A DNA stretch of 64,000 nucleotides. Source: Sumerlaeia bacterium (lineage in GTDB: Bacteria > Sumerlaeota > Sumerlaeia > SLMS01 > JAHLLQ01). A program made the translations under genes and the position numbers. The notes below the pieces were generated by a model. It had not been told where the DNA came from. It made no database searches and saw only the letters and a list, made by a program, of their open reading frames with translations. This document shows, in pieces, positions 47,263-56,176 of the stretch; the first letter of the stretch is position 1; every line of letters starts with the position of its first letter. The stretch is from positions 1 to 64,000 of the forward strand of contig JAVJSW010000039.1 of assembly GCA_040219255.1 (NCBI GenBank). The letters are read 5' to 3'.

Positions 47263-50037
47263 CTACACCAGTTTGGCCCACTGGATGCGGTCGATGCGGT
47301 AAACGGCCGATTGATCGCGGGTTCGGCAGTGGGCGTAGAGGCGTTCGCGCTCCAGGCTCTTGGGCAGGATGACTTCCTCCACCTCGTCCTGACTCACTTT
47401 CAGGTAGCGAATGGTGACTTCGTGCTCGTTCTCGATGGCGAAATCGAGCATATCGCGCACGTCGTCCATTTCCTCCGCCGGGTTCGGGCCCGAGAAGGTG
47501 AAGCGGGAGGCCGTGGTGCCGGCGCCGACGCTGCTGGTGACGAGGGTGGTGAGTTTTTCTTTGTATTCGGTCTGCACGGATTCGACGCGCCGTTCGGTGG
47601 CGGCGGAGAGGGCCTTGCGCCAGGTGCTGAGGAGGGGCTCGGCGTGGTCGTTGATGGCGGCGAAGGCGCGGGGGTCGGCCTTCATGCGCTCGAGGAGGGG
47701 GCTGAGGCGTTCGTCGGCGACGCTGTGGCCCTTGTCGTCGACGGCGGCCTCCATGGTGAAGCGCAGGGCCGCCACGAGGCGGACCATGTCTTCCTTGGGC
47801 AGCGACAGGTTGATGGTGTCTTCGCCGCGAACGGTGACGTGTTCGTTTTCCAGGCGCGGCATGAAGCCGATTTTCTGCAGTTCGCGCGACAGGCGCTTGA
47901 CGTCCGTGTCGGGGCTGAGGATCACGACGCCACCGGGCAACACCGCTTTGATGTTGGGCTGGAGCTTCTTGCTGGACTTGACCTGCGAGAGGACCATTTC
48001 GTCGTCGATGACGATGTAGCCGCCGGCGTGGCCCATGTTCACTTCGCCGTGCTTCTCGGCGCATTCTTCCACCAGCATGCGCAGCGATTCGGGCACCGGG
48101 GTGCGGCTGTGCTCGGTGAGGAATTCGAGGATTTCCCCGCCCGTCAGACCACGATCCAGGCCGTCGCGGATGCTGTGCTTGTTCATGGCCAGGATGGACG
48201 CCACGTCGATGCTCTTGACGTGGGCCATTTCGTTGAGGCGGGCGAAGGTGGGCAGCGCCAGGTCCGGGGGCACGATGACTTCGTGGGTGGGCTGGAGGAT
48301 GAAGGATTCGACGTCGAACTTGAGGGGCAGGACTTCGTTGACGTGCTCGGGGCGGAAGACTTCGGGCCAGCGCTCGAGGGGCCGGGAGAAGACGAAGCGC
48401 CCGAGGTCGGTGAAGCGGAAGGTGAATTCGAGTTGCTTCTGCTTGCGGGGGCGGCCGCGGCTGCCGCCGCGGGCCTTCATCGTCTTGCCGTCGCCCAGGC
48501 GCAATCCGAGCAGCTCTGCGTCTTTGTCTTCGAGGAGGCCGATGCCCAGCAGGCCCAGCCAATGCAGGCATTCGCCCATGATCGATTCGATCACCAATTC
48601 GTTGCTGCGGGAGTGCTTGTCGTACTGGAGGGGGTCGTTGCGGTGCGGGATGTCCTGGCGGATGCGGGGCAGGACTTCTTCAAAGAAGCCCTTGTCGAGC
48701 AGCCAGCGGTCCTGGGGCATGTCGAAGAGGGCTTCCAGAACGATCTTGCGGAAGGGCACGATGGGGAGAAGGCCGGTCGGGCGGGGATCGATATGGAGGG
48801 TGTTGCCTTCGGCGTATTCCTCGTTCCAGGCGTTGGTGGTGAGCCACCAGGTGATCATGTCCTGATAGGCGCCCTGGCTGTCCTCGATCCATTTGTAGAA
48901 GGAGTCGGCGACTTTGTAGGTTTCGCCGGTGGAGACGAGGAGTTTTTTCTCGATGAGGAAGAGCGAGAGGAATTCGGCGTATTTGAGGGTTTTGTAGCGG
49001 CTGAGCTGGGGCATGACCTTTTTCAGGTCGTTCTTGCCGATGCCGCCGGTGGCCAATACGCGCACGGGCCAGCGATCCACGAAGAGGCAGAACACGACGA
49101 TGTCGCGCAGGAGCGTGGTGGAGTTGTCGAGGATGACGCCGGGCTTCTGCTCTTTCTCGACGACGGAGACGCTGTCGAGTTCGGCGAAGGTGCGTTCGTC
49201 GGGCTGGAAGTGATTGGTAAGCACGTACATGATGTCGCGCGGGATCATCAGGCGGTTGTTGTACTTGTTGGCTCCGGGCACGACGGTGAAGACGAGGCCG
49301 CTGGTGTTGAGAAGCCACTGGATGGCATCGCCTCGGGAATGGTCGTAGCGGCGCTGGATGTTGAGTTCGAGCAGGTCGCGGTAGACGGCGATGCCTTTGC
49401 GTTCCTGAAGGGACTGGAAGACGGACTTGGGCCCTTCGGCGAGGCGATCCAGGTAGCGGCGCAGGAACTTGGGATCGAGCAGGGCCGTGCGGATGATGTG
49501 GATCAGGTAGTTTTTGTTGGCCGATTCGGGCTGGAGGCGCAGACCCTGGGTGGCGATGTGCTTGAGTTCGTTGTTCGACAGTTCCTTGAGGAAGTGGCCC
49601 AGGTAGCCTTCCCAGTAAGAAGGAAGCTCGACGTAGCGGAGAAAGGGCTCGGGGATCCCGACGAGGTCGAGGGGGTCGCTGAGGCCGGGGACGCGATCGG
49701 TGAAGACGAGGCCGCGATGGGCGAGGCTGGCGACAGCCTTCTCCATGCGGGCCCGGTCGCCGTCGAAGAAGCGCTGGCAGGTTTCGCCGGCTTCGAGATC
49801 GCCGCCGTGGATCGTGAGGAAATTGATCAGGTCTTTTTCGGCGGGTGTGATGTCGCGGGTGGCGGTGTCCCAGGCGTTGCGGTTTTGCATGCGCTGGTAG
49901 AGGTTGCCGATCAGAAGTTCGCGCTGATCCTCCTCATTTGCGGTCTCGGAGACGTCGACGGGGGCAATGTCCCAGTGATCCTCCAGGTGCTGGAGGCTTT
50001 CGATGCTCTGGGTTTTGAGGATACTTTTCAGTTTCAT
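47263..50037 (-). CDS. XPB-associated protein (Helicase_C_3 domain) with C-terminal WYL domain
   Basis: FILQPTHEVIVP..SIRDGLDRG..ILEFLTEHSRTPVPESL (XPB N-terminal-like); C-terminal AIENEHEVTIRY..P..LYAHC..VYRIDRI (WYL). Confidence 0.82.
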   Translation of the reverse strand: MKLKSILKTQSIESLQHLEDHWDIAPVDVSETANEEDQRELLIGNLYQRMQNRNAWDTATRDITPAEKDLINFLTIHGGDLEAGETCQRFFDGDRARMEKAVASLAHRGLVFTDRVPGLSDPLDLVGIPEPFLRYVELPSYWEGYLGHFLKELSNNELKHIATQGLRLQPESANKNYLIHIIRTALLDPKFLRRYLDRLAEGPKSVFQSLQERKGIAVYRDLLELNIQRRYDHSRGDAIQWLLNTSGLVFTVVPGANKYNNRLMIPRDIMYVLTNHFQPDERTFAELDSVSVVEKEQKPGVILDNSTTLLRDIVVFCLFVDRWPVRVLATGGIGKNDLKKVMPQLSRYKTLKYAEFLSLFLIEKKLLVSTGETYKVADSFYKWIEDSQGAYQDMITWWLTTNAWNEEYAEGNTLHIDPRPTGLLPIVPFRKIVLEALFDMPQDRWLLDKGFFEEVLPRIRQDIPHRNDPLQYDKHSRSNELVIESIMGECLHWLGLLGIGLLEDKDAELLGLRLGDGKTMKARGGSRGRPRKQKQLEFTFRFTDLGRFVFSRPLERWPEVFRPEHVNEVLPLKFDVESFILQPTHEVIVPPDLALPTFARLNEMAHVKSIDVASILAMNKHSIRDGLDRGLTGGEILEFLTEHSRTPVPESLRMLVEECAEKHGEVNMGHAGGYIVIDDEMVLSQVKSSKKLQPNIKAVLPGGVVILSPDTDVKRLSRELQKIGFMPRLENEHVTVRGEDTINLSLPKEDMVRLVAALRFTMEAAVDDKGHSVADERLSPLLERMKADPRAFAAINDHAEPLLSTWRKALSAATERRVESVQTEYKEKLTTLVTSSVGAGTTASRFTFSGPNPAEEMDDVRDMLDFAIENEHEVTIRYLKVSQDEVEEVILPKSLERERLYAHCRTRDQSAVYRIDRIQWAKLV

Positions 50038-50129
50038 TTCGGGTCTTCGGCATTCGGCGGGACGCCCACCGTCCGTTGGGGGACCGGTGGGCGAGTATCG
50101 GTGAGAGGTTTCGCCAGGAGGCCTAGGGG

Positions 50130-51848
50130 CTATCCTTTCCGCGGGCTCGCGGACGAGGCGTTTTCCATCGCGTCCGCAAATTCGTAGTAGTATTCGTAAC
50201 CTTGCTCGGTGAGGAACTTGTGGCGTTCATCGGCGAATTCCTGCTCGACCGTGTTGTGACTCACGACGGAGTAGAAGTGAGCCACGTTTTCGATGCCTTC
50301 GCCTTTGGGGCGCAGGACCCGGCCGAGGCGCTGGGCCTCCTGCTGGCGGGATCCGAAGGCGCCGCTGAGCTGGATGGCGACGTTGGCGTCGGGCAGATCG
50401 ATGGCGAAATCGGCGACCTTCGACACCACGATGACTTGAATGCGCTTGGCCTTGAAGTCGGAGTAGAGCTTTTCGCGCTCTTTGTTGGGCGTCTTGCCGG
50501 TGATGATGGGGGCCTTGAGTTCCTCGGAGACGAGGTTGAGTTGCTTGAGGTAGTCGCCGATGACCAGGATGTTATCGCCGCGATGGCGTTCGATGAGGCG
50601 GGAGACGGCGCCCATTTTGGCGGGGTTTTCGGCAGCGATGCGGAATTGTTCGCGGCGGTCGACGACGGCGTATTCCTGCTTGATGTCTTTGGGCAGTTCG
50701 ACGCGGACCTCGATGCACCTGGCGCTGGCGATCCAGCCCTGGCCTTCGAGGGTCTTCCATGGCATGTCGAATTTTTTGGGGCCGATGAGGCTGAAGACGT
50801 CGTCCTCGGCGCCGTCCTCGCGCACGAGGGTGGCGGTGAGGCCGAGGCGGCGTCGGGCCTGGATGTTGGCGACGGAGCGGAAGACCGGGGCGGGGAGCAT
50901 GTGGACTTCGTCGTAAATGATGAGGCCCCAGTCCTCGGCGTTGAAGACGTCCATGTGGAGGAATTCATCGGTTTTGCTTTTGCGATAGGTGAGCAACTGA
51001 TAGGTGGTCACGGTCACATCGCGGATGTCTTTCACTTCGCCGCTGTATTCGCCGATTTGATCGGGGGCGAGATCGGTTTTGTCGAGGATCTCGGATTTCC
51101 ATTGGCGCAGGGCGGTGATGTTGGTGGTGAGGATGAGGGTTTTCTGGCTGACCTTGGACATGGAGGCGATGCCGATGACGGTTTTGCCGGCGCCGCAGGG
51201 GAGGACGAGGACGCCGGAGCCGCCGTTGACTCCGCCGGCGGCGTAGAAGATTTCGGCGGCGTCGCGCTGGTAGGGGCGCAGGCCGAACTCGCGGCCGGAG
51301 AGGGTTTCCTCGCGCAGCTCGATGGGGAGTGCGGCGCCGTCGCGGTAGCCGGCGAGGTCCTCGACGGGGAAGCGGGCTTTGATGAGGGCCTGCTTGAGGA
51401 GGCCGCGGTTTTCCGGATCGATGCGCAGCCGCGTGTCCGACTCCTGCTCCTCAATGAAGGGCATGACGCGCTTGAGACGGACCACCTGGTCGATGATCGT
51501 TTTGTCGTCGGAGATGAGGTAGAGGTCCTCGCCCTCCTTGATGAGCTTGAGGAGGCCATAGCGGCCCATCCACTCGCGGACCTTTATGAAGAGATTTTCG
51601 GGAACGGGGTACTTGGCGAAGCCGCCGATGGCGTCGCAGACTTCTTGCGCTTCCATGCCGGAGGCGGCGGCGTTCCAGAGGCTGAGGGGTGTGACTTCGT
51701 AGGTGTGGATGTGCTCGGGGGATTTGACGAGGCGGGCGAAGCGGGCGAGGGCGTCGCGGGCTTCGGTGTACAGGGGGCTGTTGACCTCCAGCAGGAGCGA
51801 CATGTCGCCTTGGGCGATGAGTGGGTTTTCCGGATTGAATTGGAACAT
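50130..51848 (-). CDS. XPB/Rad25-like DNA helicase
   Basis: KSPEHIHTY..LSLWNA, LRPYQ, LPCGAGKT, YDEVH.LPA, GLTATLVRED, FGSRQQEAQRLGR. Confidence 0.95.
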   Translation of the reverse strand: MFQFNPENPLIAQGDMSLLLEVNSPLYTEARDALARFARLVKSPEHIHTYEVTPLSLWNAAASGMEAQEVCDAIGGFAKYPVPENLFIKVREWMGRYGLLKLIKEGEDLYLISDDKTIIDQVVRLKRVMPFIEEQESDTRLRIDPENRGLLKQALIKARFPVEDLAGYRDGAALPIELREETLSGREFGLRPYQRDAAEIFYAAGGVNGGSGVLVLPCGAGKTVIGIASMSKVSQKTLILTTNITALRQWKSEILDKTDLAPDQIGEYSGEVKDIRDVTVTTYQLLTYRKSKTDEFLHMDVFNAEDWGLIIYDEVHMLPAPVFRSVANIQARRRLGLTATLVREDGAEDDVFSLIGPKKFDMPWKTLEGQGWIASARCIEVRVELPKDIKQEYAVVDRREQFRIAAENPAKMGAVSRLIERHRGDNILVIGDYLKQLNLVSEELKAPIITGKTPNKEREKLYSDFKAKRIQVIVVSKVADFAIDLPDANVAIQLSGAFGSRQQEAQRLGRVLRPKGEGIENVAHFYSVVSHNTVEQEFADERHKFLTEQGYEYYYEFADAMENASSASPRKG

Positions 51849-52013
51849 GAAAGGGCAATCCAGCGTGCGAGGACTAAGGGGAATCGGGGTGCTCCGCGGC
51901 GTTTGAAAAAGTGGCGGCGAAGGGGGACGACGTGGTGGATTCGGACATCGGATTTCGCCGCTCTTGCCCGCTTCGGTGAATCATGACAGGCCTAACCGTG
52001 AGGGATGAAGCTG

Positions 52014-52256
52014 TCAATTGCGAACACCGGGGCGGGGCTGGTAATTCGTTTCGGCTCGGGGCGATGGGGTCTGGAAGCGAGTTTCCGCGGCGGGAGCGGG
52101 TGGCGGCGCGGCGAGTTCTTCGCCGGCGGACGGGTTGCCGTAACTCGGCAGGGCGGAGGGTTCCATCTTGATGGGTTGGCGCAGGAAGAGCGACGCGGCG
52201 AGGAAGAGTAGGGCTCCACCGAGAAGCATGATCTGCAGCGAGAGGTCGCGGTTCAT
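52014..52256 (-). CDS. Small hypothetical protein with N-terminal TM/signal
   Basis: 80 aa; hydrophobic N-terminus and Pro-rich tail; no clear RBS. Confidence 0.4.
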   Translation of the reverse strand: MNRDLSLQIMLLGGALLFLAASLFLRQPIKMEPSALPSYGNPSAGEELAAPPPAPAAETRFQTPSPRAETNYQPRPGVRN

Positions 52257-52692
52257 CGGAACAGAGTCACCAGACGTTCAAAAAGAATTCCCGGGGTTCG
52301 GGGAAAAACGGAGGGGGAAAATCCAGTCCGCCGCCCAATCTCCACGGGCCCGGGGACCTTGAAGCGCCGGGATTGGAATGTCAAACCGGGACCGCTCCCC
52401 CTGTGGAAAAAAAACGAAGGGAATTGCCAGGGGTAAGGATTTGCCCAAAAATCTGGGAAATGGTTTTCCCAATTCCCCCGATGGCAGCCCTCGGATTCCC
52501 AAACAAAAACCTGGCCGGTGCCCAAGATTCGGTCTTGAAAATGCCCAGTGTTTGGGCATTTATTGTGAAACGTTCGCCGCGAGTGTAAGTTTCCCGCGAG
52601 TTGTTGGTACGGGGAATGCGATCCGGGGGAGTGCTCTCGGTGAGGAAATCGTTAGCTCCGATGGTACCAAGGGAAGGAACCGGCCACCGAAT

Positions 52693-53613
52693 ATGAGTCT
52701 GATCTCCAGCCTCCGGAGTCTCGTGGATCGCATTCAAGAGTGGTTGCTCAAGGTCGAGCGATCGCAGGGCGAGCACGCGCGGGAGATTTTGAACCCGCCC
52801 CCGGCGGAGGGGATGGAGCACGACAGCCTGCGGCGCGACCGCAACGGTGCGCTGTACCTGGACCTGGACAGTCAGGGGGAAGAGCCGCCGATGCCGCCGC
52901 CGGCGCCGCCGAAGCGAGCGGCGGGGGTCTCGCGGGAGTCGCGGGCGTCGTCGCCCGACCCGCTCGTTCCGCTGCCAGATCGGGTGGCGGGCATTCGGAC
53001 GCGCCAAAGGGGCGAAGCGGCTGGCAATCAGAACGGCGTGGTGCAGAACGAGACGAACGACACGATTTACAACCAGCGGAATGAGCTGGTGGGGCTCGTC
53101 CACGAGAAGTACGCGAAGTATGGGGACACGATCGCGACGGCGATTCTGTCGAAGGTGTTCCTGCCGAACGGGTTGGATTTGCTGCTGGGTAAGCTGGAGC
53201 TGACGCCGAGCGGGGATCCGTTTCGGGATCACGACCGGGTGGCGGAGTTGATCGACCGCCATGGGGTGGAAGCGTTTTGCCAGCGTGCGGGCATCAAGTA
53301 CGATGCGGAGAAGGTGATGCGCGAGCAGCAGCGTTATACCAGCAGCCAAAAGCAGCAGCGGGTGAACGAGTACCAGAAGAACCTGGTGCAGAACGGGGTG
53401 TCGTCGAAGGTGAAGCTGAAGCAGACGAACATCAAGCCGCTGACGTTGACGGACACGCAGGAGATCAAGAAGCGCAGTATCGCTCCGGCGCCCCCCACGC
53501 CTGCGCCGCCGGCGAAGGTCGAGGCTGCGCCCAACGCGGCGTCGGCTTTTCTGGACAAGGAATGCGACACGAGTTCGTTCTACCGGATCGATCCGGACGG
53601 GAACAAGAAGTAG
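52693..53613 (+). CDS. Hypothetical protein
   Basis: Strong GC3 bias; start MSLISS after GGAAGGA; no recognised motif. Confidence 0.7.
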   Translation: MSLISSLRSLVDRIQEWLLKVERSQGEHAREILNPPPAEGMEHDSLRRDRNGALYLDLDSQGEEPPMPPPAPPKRAAGVSRESRASSPDPLVPLPDRVAGIRTRQRGEAAGNQNGVVQNETNDTIYNQRNELVGLVHEKYAKYGDTIATAILSKVFLPNGLDLLLGKLELTPSGDPFRDHDRVAELIDRHGVEAFCQRAGIKYDAEKVMREQQRYTSSQKQQRVNEYQKNLVQNGVSSKVKLKQTNIKPLTLTDTQEIKKRSIAPAPPTPAPPAKVEAAPNAASAFLDKECDTSSFYRIDPDGNKK

Positions 53614-53700
53614 CGGGAAGGCGGGGATGGGGATGGCGGTCATGGGGCGTGCTCTCCTGAAGTGATCGGTGTGGCGGCTCGTTGGGGTTTTGGCCGCCGA

Positions 53701-53800
53701 CACGCGTGAGGAGAACACAAAGGGTTCGGTTTGTCCCCTCATGTGGCAACTCGGGGACAAGAAAGACAAAATACACTTATTGCACTTATAAGACAACGGC
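53701..53800. repeat. Dispersed non-coding element, copy B
   Basis: CACGCGTGA, 21 bp core identical to 32360-32380, then GACAAGAAA GACAAAATA CACTTATTG CACTTATAA GACAACGGC. Confidence 0.85.
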
Positions 53801-53849
53801 CGCCGGAGCACGGATCTTTGAAAAGGTTCGACTTATGATTTTGCCTTGA

Positions 53850-54485
53850 TCAGTGGTACCAGCGGGCCGCGAAGGATGGCGGAGGGGGAACGTGCAGACC
53901 ATCGACGGGATAGAGTCCATCGAGCATCTCGACGAGTTTTTCGAGCGGCAGGCCGACGACGTTGTAGTAGTCGCCTTCGAGGCGCGTGACGAATTCGCCG
54001 GCGCGTTCCTGGATGGCGTAGGAGCCGGCTTTGTCGAAGATGGGGTCGTGGGCGATGGTGTGCTGGATTTCTTCCGGGGCCAGGGTGCGGAAGGTGACGC
54101 GGGTGGTGGCGCTGTCGAGGAGGACGTCGCCGCCGTCGGCTTTGGCGAGGGCGATGGCGGTGATGACCTGATGGGTCTGACCGCTGAGGTTGCCGAGCAT
54201 CCAGCGGGCGTCAGCGGCGTCGGTGGGTTTGCCATAGAGGACGTCGCGGTGGGTGACGACGGTGTCGGCGGCGATGACGAGAGCGTTGTCGCCGTGGCAC
54301 TTAGCGGCGACGTCCTTGGCCTTTGCGTAGGCGGCGCGGATGGCGAAGGTGCGGGGATGGTCGGCGGGGATGGCCCGTTCGTCCACGTCGGAGGTCAGGA
54401 CCTCGAACTGTAAGCCCATCTGGGTCAGGAGTTCGCGACGGCGTGGCGAACCGGAGGCGAGGACGAGGCGGGGGACGCCAGCCAT
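53850..54485 (-). CDS. maf: Maf nucleotide pyrophosphatase
   Basis: LVLASGSPRRRELL, IAADTVV, GKP, DKAGSYAIQ, GDYYNVVGLPL. Confidence 0.95.
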   Translation of the reverse strand: MAGVPRLVLASGSPRRRELLTQMGLQFEVLTSDVDERAIPADHPRTFAIRAAYAKAKDVAAKCHGDNALVIAADTVVTHRDVLYGKPTDAADARWMLGNLSGQTHQVITAIALAKADGGDVLLDSATTRVTFRTLAPEEIQHTIAHDPIFDKAGSYAIQERAGEFVTRLEGDYYNVVGLPLEKLVEMLDGLYPVDGLHVPPPPSFAARWYH

Positions 54486-56176
54486 CAGTCGTGGCTCCGG
54501 GCGGCGACGCGGCGTTTGATGCGGGCTTTGCCCTCGGCGTTGAGCTGCTTGACGGCGTCGGGGAACCACTGCCAGGGCGTCAGGACCGAGTCCTGATAGA
54601 CGTTCGAGTTGGCCACGTAGATCGAGGTTTGGTCGGACCCGGCGGCGACGCGCTGGAACTTCACGCCGCTCTCCTGGACCTTGATTTCGTCGATGATTTC
54701 GATGCCGTCGTCCTGGAAAGCGAGGCGGCGGCGGAAGGCAATGGGCTGGCGGTTTTTGCCGGTGATGAGGATTTTCTGGAGCAGCGACCGGACCAGGTTC
54801 GCGTTGAAGCGGCCGATGGTCAGGAGCAGGACGCGGAAGACGATCTGCTTGGCGGGCGTGGGCAGGGGCTGGCTGCGCTTCTGGAAGACGCCGCGGACTT
54901 CCAGGCTGCGGCGGTCTTCGCCGACCTGGACCTTGTTGTTGTCGTCCACGATGTGGGTGACGACAACGGTGCCGTCTTCGCGTTCGGCGGTCAGGCCGGT
55001 GTCGCTGGCGATGGCGCCTTGGGCGTCGAAGGCTTTGAAGACGCCGCCTTTGTTGGCGGCGGCGACGGCGTGGTAGTGGGGCGTTTTGACGACGAGGATC
55101 TGGGCCTCGGGGAACCAGTGGGTTTCGGTGGATTGGGGCAGGGAAATGGTGGGTTGGCGGTCGGGCGTGTAGTCGCGCCAGGCCTGCATCCAATCGTAAA
55201 CGTAGTGGGCGGCCATGCGGTCGTCGTCGTTGTAGTAGCGGCGGCGCTCGGGCAGGGCGCGCTGCAGATAGGTTTCGACGATCTGGCCGGCTTCTGGAAC
55301 GCGGTTGGCCATGACTTCGAAGCCGTGAGGGTAGAAGTGGTAGGTGTTCCGGCTGCCGTATTCACCGCCGTAGGAGCCGTCGGGGTGCATGAAGTTATGG
55401 GCGAACTTGATGGCGCGCTCGAGAGGTTCGAGGAGGGCTTCGTCGCGGGATTTCTGCCAGAGTTTGGCGAAGAAGCTGATGGAGCAGGTGTGATAACCCG
55501 GGTCGGCGCCTTCGTATTCCTGGAACCAGCCCTCGTCCTTCTGCCATGACAGGGCGAGGTCCTTGAAGCTGTCGCTGCCCTCGCGGAAGTCCTGGTCGCC
55601 GGTCAGGATATAGACGTTGTAGAGGGCGAGCGCGGCGAAGGCCTGATGGTTGGCGAGTTGGCCCGTTTCGTTGTGGCCGAGGAGCCAGCGGCCGCGGCGG
55701 CTGAGGAATTCGAGGTGGCGGTCGTCGTTGAGTCCGAGCTCGATGGCGGCTTCCGCCATGGCGTAGAGCGAGAAGGTGAGGGCGCCGAGGGCGCGCTCGT
55801 AGGGGAAATAGTCGTCGCAGGACCCGTTGGGATAGGCGGACTTGCGGGCGTAATCGATGCCGGCCTCGGCGAGTTCGCGGAGCCGTTCCTGACCGTAGTA
55901 GACGTTGCCGGGCATGTCGAGTTTGTAGGCGAGGGCGAGGGGCAGGACGAATTCCTGGTGCATGCCGCAGGGGAAATCCATGGTGCGGTAGTGCCAGAAG
56001 CTGCGGTCGAAGCAGCCGTAGGTGCGGCTGAGCGGGTTCTTGTCGACCATGAGGATGAGGCGGGGCAGGGCGCGGACGGCTTCCCAGGCGTACCAGTCGC
56101 GATGGCCGGGGGCGGGCAGGGGGAACTGGCGTCCCGGGGCGGGCGCGGAGGGATCGGAGAATGACTGATCGGTCAC
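54485..56176 (-). CDS. Alpha/alpha-toroid (heparinase/lyase-like) hypothetical protein
   Basis: GCFDRSFWHY, GSCDDYFPYE, ANH, EGWFQEYEGADPGY, HPDGSYGGEYGSRNT; GTG 56176 overlaps the upstream stop. Confidence 0.7.
   Translation of the reverse strand: MTDQSFSDPSAPAPGRQFPLPAPGHRDWYAWEAVRALPRLILMVDKNPLSRTYGCFDRSFWHYRTMDFPCGMHQEFVLPLALAYKLDMPGNVYYGQERLRELAEAGIDYARKSAYPNGSCDDYFPYERALGALTFSLYAMAEAAIELGLNDDRHLEFLSRRGRWLLGHNETGQLANHQAFAALALYNVYILTGDQDFREGSDSFKDLALSWQKDEGWFQEYEGADPGYHTCSISFFAKLWQKSRDEALLEPLERAIKFAHNFMHPDGSYGGEYGSRNTYHFYPHGFEVMANRVPEAGQIVETYLQRALPERRRYYNDDDRMAAHYVYDWMQAWRDYTPDRQPTISLPQSTETHWFPEAQILVVKTPHYHAVAAANKGGVFKAFDAQGAIASDTGLTAEREDGTVVVTHIVDDNNKVQVGEDRRSLEVRGVFQKRSQPLPTPAKQIVFRVLLLTIGRFNANLVRSLLQKILITGKNRQPIAFRRRLAFQDDGIEIIDEIKVQESGVKFQRVAAGSDQTSIYVANSNVYQDSVLTPWQWFPDAVKQLNAEGKARIKRRVAARSHD

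Noticed and set aside
52257-52692. A/G-tract-rich spacer with the palindrome AAATGCCCAGTGTTTGGGCATTT, considered as an array or ncRNA
   Set aside because: No repeated unit or recognisable RNA motif; consistent with a divergent promoter region carrying one possible operator.
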